A stretch of DNA of 47,294 nt, from positions 1 to 47,294 of IMG/VR virus record IMGVR_UViG_3300048599_000894. One strand, written 5' to 3'. Position 1 is the first letter of the stretch, and every line of letters starts with the position of its first letter. Shown piece by piece: positions 28,595 to 35,178 of this stretch. The notes under the pieces were generated by a model that worked only from the letters and a program-made list of their open reading frames with translations, did no database searches and was not told the DNA's origin. This DNA is from a virus (lineage: Duplodnaviria; Caudoviricetes). The position numbers and the translations under genes are program-made.

Positions 28595-28789
28595 TTATTG
28601 ATTGGCTTCGTTAGCTGATTCAACTATATTTTCGTATTCAAGCTGGATTTTTTTAATCCATTCTGAAACTTCCTCGATGGTGTCCAGGTCATTTTCTTTC
28701 TGGCTAATAGAAAATCCGTAATGACTCATCCACGAAAAAAGGATATGGTATCCGCCAGCTGTTTTTTGAATATCAATTTCTGTGTTCAT
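28595..28789 (-). CDS. Small acidic protein
   Basis: AAGGA RBS; bounded by the two ribozymes. Confidence 0.7.
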   Translation of the reverse strand: MNTEIDIQKTAGGYHILFSWMSHYGFSISQKENDLDTIEEVSEWIKKIQLEYENIVESANEANQ

Positions 28790-28805
28790 TTCATTTTTTC
28801 CTTTC

Positions 28806-28855
28806 GTTCGCTCGTTCAGGCCGGGCCGTCTTCCCGGCGACCGGGTTTCGCGTAC
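28806..28855 (-). ncRNA. Hammerhead ribozyme, type II, core-insertion variant with minimal stem III (copy B)
   Basis: GUACGC-GAAAC-CCG-GUC / GCCGGG-AAGACGG-CCCGGC-CUGAACGA-GCGAAC. Confidence 0.8.
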
Positions 28856-28897
28856 TAGTTTGTCTTCCGGTCTTTTTCCCGTTCGGCAGGGGGTTGA

Positions 28898-29284
28898 TTA
28901 CAGGATCGCGATTGCTTTCGCGTTGCTAATAACGATTTCGCCGTAGTCCTCGCCGCCCTCAGAGTTTTCCCCGATCACCAGAGCAATATGATTGCCGTAT
29001 ATCTCGGCGTTTTTCGCGTGATTCTTGATGTTTTCGATCACAACTTCGGCGTCTTCCCATGCCCAGTTTCCAGCGATCAGCAGTGCGCAGGTTCCGTTAA
29101 GTTTTTCGTCAGTATATTCCCCGTCGTTCCATACCGAGCTGTTTTCAAGATTGCCGATTTCGATCTCTTCCCAGGAGGAGCGCACACCAACCGGACCGCT
29201 GAAATCAGCGCCGATCACGCTGTTTATCAGTTCAATAAATTTTTTCGGGTCGTTGATCAAGTTTTTGAAGTTGATGTTTTCCAT
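28898..29284 (-). CDS. Acidic hypothetical protein
   Basis: AGGAG RBS; first gene after the consensus promoter. Confidence 0.8.
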   Translation of the reverse strand: MENINFKNLINDPKKFIELINSVIGADFSGPVGVRSSWEEIEIGNLENSSVWNDGEYTDEKLNGTCALLIAGNWAWEDAEVVIENIKNHAKNAEIYGNHIALVIGENSEGGEDYGEIVISNAKAIAIL

Positions 29285-29323
29285 CTCGTATCTCCTGTTT
29301 GCATCTTTCTGATTGATATAGAT

Positions 29324-29352
29324 AGTATAACCTAAGCGTTTAGGTTTGTCAA
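29324..29352 (-). promoter_or_regulatory. Near-consensus sigma70 promoter with palindromic operator
   Basis: TTGACA-17 bp-TATACT; AACCTAA-N4-TTAGGTT covers the spacer. Confidence 0.88.
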
Positions 29353-29397
29353 TAGGTCTTATCTTCTCTAATGTAACTTTAATCTAATTTTAATCTT

Positions 29398-30282
29398 CTA
29401 AATTCGCCAGTTATCCACTGGGCTTGATTTTCGATGCGCTTCAGCAATATCGGCCTGTGAAATCTTTAGATAATGCCGGACCATAACTAAAGATGAATGA
29501 CCCAAAAGTTCTTGAAGCGTGAAAATATTTCCCCCATTGCGCAAAAATTCAATCGCAAATGTGTGGCGGAACCGATGAGGATGAACGTTGGGAATTTCAG
29601 CCCGGGCAGCAATACGGCGTAAAATATTCCGTGCCTGGTAACGATCCAGGAAACGACCTTCATTTGTAGCCAGCAATGGCGCCGATTTATTGATTAAATC
29701 ATTCCGAGAAGATATATATTCCCATAAAGCATTTTTTGTTATTCTTCCAAAACGGACTTCCCGCGGGCGGCTTTTCGTCGAATTGTGAAACGGCCTAACA
29801 ATCGCTTTGCCTTCATTTATATCCACGTCGCCGACTGTCATCCGAGTGGCCTCACCAATCCGCAAACCGGTGTCCAGCAAAAATAAAATTATGGCTTTAT
29901 CTCGTTTTGTTTTGCAGGATTTAATTAGTCTGGATGTTTCATCTTTAGTAAACGGAATTATTGCCCTGGTTTCGGCTCGCGGCATGGGGATATCATCTAC
30001 CCCCCCTATACTGAGTACATCCGAAGCCCAATTGTAAAATGTCCTGATTGTGCGCCAATAGGCTTGTATAGTGGATTCTGACCGGCCAGTGTCACGTAGC
30101 TCCTGGAAAAAATCAGTTATATTTTCTCGAGAAATTGAATCAACTTGCGGATTATTGATTGCTTTGCAAAAAATTTGCATGAACCGCTTGTAATTTGATG
30201 CAGTTATTGGTGAATAATTATTAGAAGATAAATAAATATAGAATCCTTCAATAGCTGTTTGCAAATCCATTTTTTTCCTCAC
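29398..30282 (-). CDS. int: Tyrosine integrase (start probably ATG 30270)
   Basis: TGLRIGE, HPHRFRH, LLGH, Y catalytic residues; N-terminal SAM-like domain. Confidence 0.93.
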   Translation of the reverse strand: MRKKMDLQTAIEGFYIYLSSNNYSPITASNYKRFMQIFCKAINNPQVDSISRENITDFFQELRDTGRSESTIQAYWRTIRTFYNWASDVLSIGGVDDIPMPRAETRAIIPFTKDETSRLIKSCKTKRDKAIILFLLDTGLRIGEATRMTVGDVDINEGKAIVRPFHNSTKSRPREVRFGRITKNALWEYISSRNDLINKSAPLLATNEGRFLDRYQARNILRRIAARAEIPNVHPHRFRHTFAIEFLRNGGNIFTLQELLGHSSLVMVRHYLKISQADIAEAHRKSSPVDNWRI

Positions 30283-30348
30283 AGATGTGATTGTTTTTTA
30301 GACAAGTATCACTTCTGTGATTGAAATTGAAACGGATGTTATTACTTG

Positions 30349-30422
30349 TGGGCGGGACAGGACTCGAACCTGCGACCCCATCTGTGTAAGAGATGTGCTC
30401 TAACCAACTGAGCTACCCGCCC
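30349..30422 (-). tRNA. tRNA-Val(TAC); probable att site of prophage 1
   Basis: GGGCGGG acceptor, GCTC/GAGC D stem, CATCT-CTTACAC-AGATG, GCAGG-TTCGAGT-CCTGT; followed by CAA, not CCA. Confidence 0.96.
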
Positions 30423-30443
30423 AAAACCGCGCTTTACGGTGCA

Positions 30444-30452
30444 AATTTTACC
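30444..30452 (-). promoter_or_regulatory. Extended -10 element for the tRNA
   Basis: TGGTAAAAT on the minus strand about 20 nt upstream of the tRNA. Confidence 0.5.
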
Positions 30453-30473
30453 ACAAAAATACAGTAAGATGTG

Positions 30474-30522
30474 CTCTTACACAGCTAGTATCACAGGTTC
30501 GAGTCCTGTCCCGCTCCCACAA
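30474..30522 (+). repeat. Inverted, diverged copy of the tRNA-Val 3' half (att-like)
   Basis: CTCTTACACAG..CAGGTTCGAGTCCTGTCCCGC.CCCACAA matches the tRNA from anticodon loop to 3' end, opposite strand. Confidence 0.85.
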
Positions 30523-30525
30523 AAG

Positions 30526-30637
30526 TATATATCAAGCATTTTTTTTCCAGATATGGTATAATTAAGTAAGAATAGAGATATAAATTATCTCGATTTTTTA
30601 TATATCACGCATTTTTTTTGCCAGTATGGTATAATTA
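30526..30637 (+). promoter_or_regulatory. Tandem 39-bp repeats, each ending in an extended -10 (TGGTATAAT)
   Basis: TATATATCA(A/C)GCATTTTTTTT..CCAG.TATGGTATAATTA at 30526-30564 and 30599-30637. Confidence 0.75.
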
Positions 30638-30747
30638 TATTAGATAGTAAGAGAGCCGCTTTGCAGCGGTTTTGTCGTTTAAGCCAACAAACACACATAG
30701 CGGAGGTGTAAAGGTTTAGTGTAAGTAGGTTTTTCGCAAGAGTCATA

Positions 30748-31161
30748 GTGCAATCAGAGTTTAATAGTACGAGTAGAGCAAAACAATTACTGGACTTTAA
30801 TAATCTCATAGATGGTAACTTAGGCGCGAGTGATATTGATGCTATTGTCGATTATCACAACTCGTTGTGGATAATTACAGAGGTTAAGCTGCTAGGTAAG
30901 GATGTACCGTTCGGTCAAAATTTGATGTTAAATCGGCTAGCCGCTGACCTGGAGAAAACAGGTAAACCAGTATTGTTGATAGTCGCAGAACATAACATAT
31001 TAGACGCTAATGAAAATATAGTATTGAAAGATTGTATAGTTAGAAACTATAAAATAAAAGGGGAGAGACATACTCCTAAGCGAACTGTCACAGTAGGAGA
31101 GTTTGTTAATGCTTCCATAAAAATTTTGGAAGCTAAAAAATTAGCACGGGAGCCTAAATAA
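30748..31161 (+). CDS. PD-(D/E)XK-fold nuclease (VRR-NUC/resolvase-like)
   Basis: SDIDA..ITEVK..GQ pattern. Confidence 0.65.
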   Translation: MQSEFNSTSRAKQLLDFNNLIDGNLGASDIDAIVDYHNSLWIITEVKLLGKDVPFGQNLMLNRLAADLEKTGKPVLLIVAEHNILDANENIVLKDCIVRNYKIKGERHTPKRTVTVGEFVNASIKILEAKKLAREPK

Positions 31162-31162
31162 A

Positions 31163-31339
31163 ATGAATATAAATTTAACTGAAAATGAAAAAAAAGAAGT
31201 TGAGATTATTACCCTGGGGGTTAAATGCAAGAAGTGTGGTCATACCTGGGGTGTTCGATTAGACAAGCAAAAGAGTTTGGATAACTTATCTCCGTTACTT
31301 TTTGTTTGTGAAACTTGCTTAAAGAATAACAATAATTAG
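31163..31339 (+). CDS. Zinc-ribbon protein, 58 aa (not in ORF track)
   Basis: Manual translation MNINLTE..CKKCGHTW..CETC. Confidence 0.65.
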   Translation: MNINLTENEKKEVEIITLGVKCKKCGHTWGVRLDKQKSLDNLSPLLFVCETCLKNNNN

Positions 31340-31362
31340 TTTTTACTGAATAGGAGTTTGGT

Positions 31363-32136
31363 ATGAATACAAGTTTTGAAAGTACAATTAAATCGGTTAC
31401 GACTGAGAATGTTATACCAGTTCGCAAAGAAGTAGTACAAATTTGTGCTGGTGGTGCTAAAGAGGCTCTGTTACTAACACAGTTAATCTACTGGACGGAT
31501 AGAGCAGCACCAAAAAATTGTGGTTGGGTATTTGAGTCACTTCCAGAGTTAAGCTCTCAACTAGGTTTATCTATACAATCAATTCGCAGCGCTGCAAAAA
31601 ACTTACTAGCACTCGATTACATTGAGACTAAGACCTACATAGCTAAGGGACATAATACCACCTGGTATAGAGTCAAGCAGGCTAACATACTAGAGGCTAT
31701 TAAGCAGCTTGAGCAACCAGTTACAACTGGAATTCACCTGTTAGAATCAACAGATGAAATCATCGAAAATAGTGAGCACCTGTTAGAATCAACAGATGCA
31801 CCTGTTAGAACTAACATGAGCACCTGTTGGAATCAACAGACTCTAAACATAGCCTTTACAGAGCCTACACATAGCTTTAATAATAAAGACTACGAAAACT
31901 CAAAAAACGAGTTTTCTCCGTCTGGGGGTCTCGCTACCGCTCAACCCCCTGTAATATCTCAACCAGATATTATTGAAATAGAAGAAGAACAACCAGTTGA
32001 TTTTACTTCTATGTTTGTTAATTCTAATGAGGGTGATAACCCTTTTCTAGATGATGCTCCTACGGAGCAAACTTATCAAGATTTAACTTCTCTCGCAGAG
32101 AGACTATTAAAACAGAGGGAGCAACTTTCTGTCTAA
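31363..32136 (+). CDS. Replication initiator (wHTH, lambda O-like architecture)
   Basis: ALLLTQLIYW..GWVFES..EL..LGLS..IR..L; internal iterons. Confidence 0.8.
   Translation: MNTSFESTIKSVTTENVIPVRKEVVQICAGGAKEALLLTQLIYWTDRAAPKNCGWVFESLPELSSQLGLSIQSIRSAAKNLLALDYIETKTYIAKGHNTTWYRVKQANILEAIKQLEQPVTTGIHLLESTDEIIENSEHLLESTDAPVRTNMSTCWNQQTLNIAFTEPTHSFNNKDYENSKNEFSPSGGLATAQPPVISQPDIIEIEEEQPVDFTSMFVNSNEGDNPFLDDAPTEQTYQDLTSLAERLLKQREQLSV
31735..31842 (+). repeat. Four 22-bp iterons inside the initiator gene (origin)
   Basis: CACCTGTTAGAATCAACAGATG-like units at 31735, 31777, 31799, 31821; internal CTGTT/AACAG symmetry. Confidence 0.85.
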
Positions 32137-32185
32137 AAATTAACATAGTTGGGGCGGCCAACTACAAGTATTAGATACAATATAC

Positions 32186-32572
32186 CCTTTTAAGCGGTTT
32201 ATAGGTAACAGTGGGAATCTTATACCTATTTTATTATTATTCTCATTACAACCCCGCTAGAGGTTAATCTAGCAGGATTTAACATAATGAATAACGAACA
32301 AACAACTCAAGAATTAGTTTATGACCTTGTTAAGCAGTATGTAGCGGAGCAAAAAGGCAAAATAGCCTTCAAATGGTTAGTAGCATTGTGTGTAAATAAT
32401 ATATTGTGGTTAGTTTTCTATCTACTCAGATAGATTGCACCACAAGTAATAGAAGCAACATGGCCTTTTAAGGCGTTTATTTTATAATAGTAGTACAAAT
32501 ATACAAATTAAATAGTAATGCCCCTTAAAACCCGTCTATGAGGCTCTACAGGGCATTACAGGAGTTAACATG
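32186..32572 (+). repeat. Degenerate ~100-bp leader duplication ahead of two small ORFs
   Basis: CCTTTTAAG..GTTTAT / TATAC / AACCC..CTA.GAGG / CAGGA.TTAACAT blocks in the same order at ~32186-32289 and ~32464-32572. Confidence 0.55.
32287..32433 (+). CDS. Small membrane protein, 48 aa (not in ORF track)
   Basis: AGGA RBS; MNNEQTTQE..ILWLVFYLLR. Confidence 0.5.
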   Translation: MNNEQTTQELVYDLVKQYVAEQKGKIAFKWLVALCVNNILWLVFYLLR

Positions 32573-32800
32573 ACTGAGATAGTGTTCAAGAATTATATTG
32601 TTGATACTAAAGCTAAGACTTGTGCAGTTTGTGGGAAGTATATTACCCCAACTTTTGATTTATGTAAGGAGTGTGAAGCATATAAAAATGAGGATTGGTG
32701 CAAAGAGTTAGTTAAGATTGAAAAGCGAAATTATTACCTGAGAAATCGTTATGACCCTATCCCATTTGACTTTAACTTTCTTGATAAAGAGGATATATAA
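32570..32800 (+). CDS. Zn-finger protein
   Basis: AGGAG RBS; CAVCG..LCKEC. Confidence 0.7.
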   Translation: MTEIVFKNYIVDTKAKTCAVCGKYITPTFDLCKECEAYKNEDWCKELVKIEKRNYYLRNRYDPIPFDFNFLDKEDI

Positions 32801-32880
32801 CGCATTTTATCTCGTAGATTAGCTGTAGTAAGTGACGATGTGTAACAGAAATATTGGTACAAAATAGCGGAGGGGCTATC

Positions 32881-33648
32881 ATGAATAAAATAACATGGAG
32901 CGAGCAAGAAGATTCGCTTCTTTTAAATTTAAGAAACAAAGGTATTCCTTATACAGAATTACTAGAAGTATTTCCTTCTAAATCACAAGATGCACTTAGA
33001 AATAGATTTTATATTTTGAATAAGAAAAGCAGATTGAATTTTGAGAGAGATGCTAGAGTTCTGGTATTAGATATAGAAACTAGTCTAATGGTTTTTACAG
33101 CTTTTTCCACTGGACATAATTATTTAACAGATAGAAACATAGTTTCAGACTTTTTTGTAATGAGTTGGGCTGCAAAGTGGTTGAATGAAGCTGATTATTT
33201 CTCAGCGGTACTAACACCAAAAGAAGCTAAGTCAAAAAATGACAAAAGAATTTTGAAGGAATTATTACCATTATTAAATGAAGCTGACTTAGTTGTCTAT
33301 CACAACGGTGATAAGTTTGATGCCAAAAAATTGAATACTAGATTTATTTTTCACGGGTTAGATATTCCAGAATATAAAGGAATTGACACACTAAAACTAG
33401 CGAGAAAACATTTTAGTTTTTCATCTAATAAGTTGGACTATATTTGTAAGTTTTTAGGTTTACCGGCAAAAAGTGAACACTCAGGCTATGAAACCTGGTT
33501 GAAATGTTTAGCTGGTGATGCAGAAGAGTTAAATACATTAGTCAAATATAACGAGAATGATATTTTTATTCTAGAAACTTTGTATAACCGTATAAAACAG
33601 GTTGTAAAAATTAGAAAACCTAGAACTGGTTGGAAAAATGATGATTAA
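32881..33648 (+). CDS. Myb/SANT-like HTH fused to DEDD (RNase H-like) 3'-5' exonuclease
   Basis: GGAGG RBS; WSEQEDSLL..KSQDALRNRF; LDIETS, HNGDKFD, YNENDI. Confidence 0.82.
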   Translation: MNKITWSEQEDSLLLNLRNKGIPYTELLEVFPSKSQDALRNRFYILNKKSRLNFERDARVLVLDIETSLMVFTAFSTGHNYLTDRNIVSDFFVMSWAAKWLNEADYFSAVLTPKEAKSKNDKRILKELLPLLNEADLVVYHNGDKFDAKKLNTRFIFHGLDIPEYKGIDTLKLARKHFSFSSNKLDYICKFLGLPAKSEHSGYETWLKCLAGDAEELNTLVKYNENDIFILETLYNRIKQVVKIRKPRTGWKNDD

Positions 33649-34318
33649 AGGATGTGATATTTCATTCTGGCAGGGGGAAATTAATTTTAGGAATTTAGAA
33701 AAAGAAAATAAGTTTGTTGGTATAAGGGTAGGTCAAGGTGCGTGGATAGATTCACAAGTAAGAAAATATGCTGCTAAAGTCTCAATACCACATTTGTATT
33801 ATTGGTTTTACGAGTATAGAAGTGGCTACCAAAATAACCCCGATGTGCAGTTCAAGCTGATGAATGACTTATTAGGCGAGATTGGGGAAGAAACTGCTAT
33901 TGTGTGCCTAGATTATGAGAGACCAAACACGAATTGGGAACCATTACCTAGCCGAGAGAATAGCTTAAATATAATTGAAAAGTTTGGGAATAAGTTTTAC
34001 AAGAATAAGAAACTAATATATGGAAATTTAGACTTATTGAAAAATACATTGAGAAATGACATACCCGATTGGGTGAAACAAAATTTTGATTTTTGGTTAG
34101 CTTATTATCCGAGTACATCTACAAATTATGAACCGAAACTCACAGACCTACCCTTAACTGTCTGGAAACCTACAATCTGGCAATACGGTTATAAAACCGC
34201 AAAAGATATAGCCAGTGGTTCTAGTGTATTAGATGCAGACGTATTCCCAGGTGACTTTGATACATTTTTCTCTATAAAGAAATGGTATCAACTCTACCTG
34301 CCATTTATAAAACGCTGA
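33638..34318 (+). CDS. GH25 muramidase endolysin
   Basis: DISFWQG, CLDYE, FWLAYY, IWQY, LDADVF. Confidence 0.88.
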   Translation: MMIKGCDISFWQGEINFRNLEKENKFVGIRVGQGAWIDSQVRKYAAKVSIPHLYYWFYEYRSGYQNNPDVQFKLMNDLLGEIGEETAIVCLDYERPNTNWEPLPSRENSLNIIEKFGNKFYKNKKLIYGNLDLLKNTLRNDIPDWVKQNFDFWLAYYPSTSTNYEPKLTDLPLTVWKPTIWQYGYKTAKDIASGSSVLDADVFPGDFDTFFSIKKWYQLYLPFIKR

Positions 34319-34352
34319 ACTTGAAGCGTAAAAACAAGGGAGAAAATAAAAT

Positions 34353-34757
34353 ATGAGTGACAATCCTGAAACAGATTCAACGGTAGAAAGTCCGGTAAAA
34401 AATGACACTGAAAAATTGTTTTCACAGGAAGATTTAAATAAGTTAGTCTCAGAGCGGGTTAAGCGAGAACAGGCCAACTCTCGCAAGGACAAAGAGGATT
34501 TTGATAATAAGTTGAAATCTCTCTCAGAAACCCTCAGCGGCTATGAGGAAGCTCTGAACAAACTACTTGAGGAAGTTGAGAATGAACTTGACCCCTCAGT
34601 TAAAAAATTACTGGACAAACTCTCACCATTAGAAAGATTGGAATGGTTAGGTGAACGTAAGGGGGATAAAGGTGGAAAGAAACCAATTCCTCAAACTGAG
34701 AAACCAAACACTGGTGAGGGTACACCGGATACTAAAAAGTATCCACGAGTATTATGA
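34353..34757 (+). CDS. Capsid scaffold protein
   Basis: FSQEDLNKLVSERVKRE motif; coiled coil. Confidence 0.78.
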   Translation: MSDNPETDSTVESPVKNDTEKLFSQEDLNKLVSERVKREQANSRKDKEDFDNKLKSLSETLSGYEEALNKLLEEVENELDPSVKKLLDKLSPLERLEWLGERKGDKGGKKPIPQTEKPNTGEGTPDTKKYPRVL

Positions 34758-34765
34758 GGTTATAA

Positions 34766-35167
34766 ATGACTGCTTATACAATTAATGACAATGCTTCCTT
34801 GGAGGTCAACTCTAGCATGGTGGCGGTAAGAGTTAATGGTTTGTTTGCTGGTGAGGCCATTGACGCGTTTGCTCCCTGCTATATTGATTCCGACGGAACT
34901 GTAAAAATGGCTGTGTCAACGCAGCTAATTGTTGTGTCTGGTGATAAGACTGATTTTATCGGTTTTGCACCGAGAGAGTATGCTAATGGCGAAGCGATTA
35001 CCTTGTTCGGCAAGGGTGCAAGATTCTGCTATTCCACGTCTATGACCCCTGGAAGCTATCTCTACATTGGCTCAGAGGCCGGTACTCTCGTAGATGCTGC
35101 TGTGGTTGAGGGTGATGACCCTGTAGCCGTTGCACTCACTTCTACTGATGTTTTGGTTACTCGCTAG
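34766..35167 (+). CDS. Head decoration/cement protein
   Basis: AGEAI..CYIDSDG; lies between scaffold and MCP. Confidence 0.68.
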   Translation: MTAYTINDNASLEVNSSMVAVRVNGLFAGEAIDAFAPCYIDSDGTVKMAVSTQLIVVSGDKTDFIGFAPREYANGEAITLFGKGARFCYSTSMTPGSYLYIGSEAGTLVDAAVVEGDDPVAVALTSTDVLVTR

Positions 35168-35178
35168 GAGGTGATAAG

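Larger units (their letters stand above)
850..30015. repeat. Dispersed intragenic motif, C-rich tract + TACTGAG (27 core copies)
   Basis: Core starts on +: 856,4037,8465,10387,11741,13758,16224,18428,20301,21110,21547,23208,23451,24385,27100,30009; on - (CTCAGTA): 4156,6128,10692,14497,17961,18567,18857,21932,24690,25265,27143. Confidence 0.9.
1..30348 (+). mobile_element. Prophage 1 (temperate siphovirus-like; left end beyond the window)
   Basis: Co-oriented recombination, replication, head, tail and lysis modules ending in a tyrosine integrase directly 3' of tRNA-Val. Confidence 0.92.

Noticed and set aside
28010-28601. Plus-strand ORFs over the accessory operon
   Set aside because: Antisense shadows of a GC-rich minus-strand gene that has its own RBS, promoter and terminator
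850-30015. Dispersed motif as ordinary -10 boxes or a repeated peptide
   Set aside because: Several copies read CCTACT/TCTACT, GAG and the C-tract are not promoter features, and copies fall in several frames on both strands
31735-31842. Mini-CRISPR array
   Set aside because: Three of the four repeats abut directly and all lie inside a replication initiator gene
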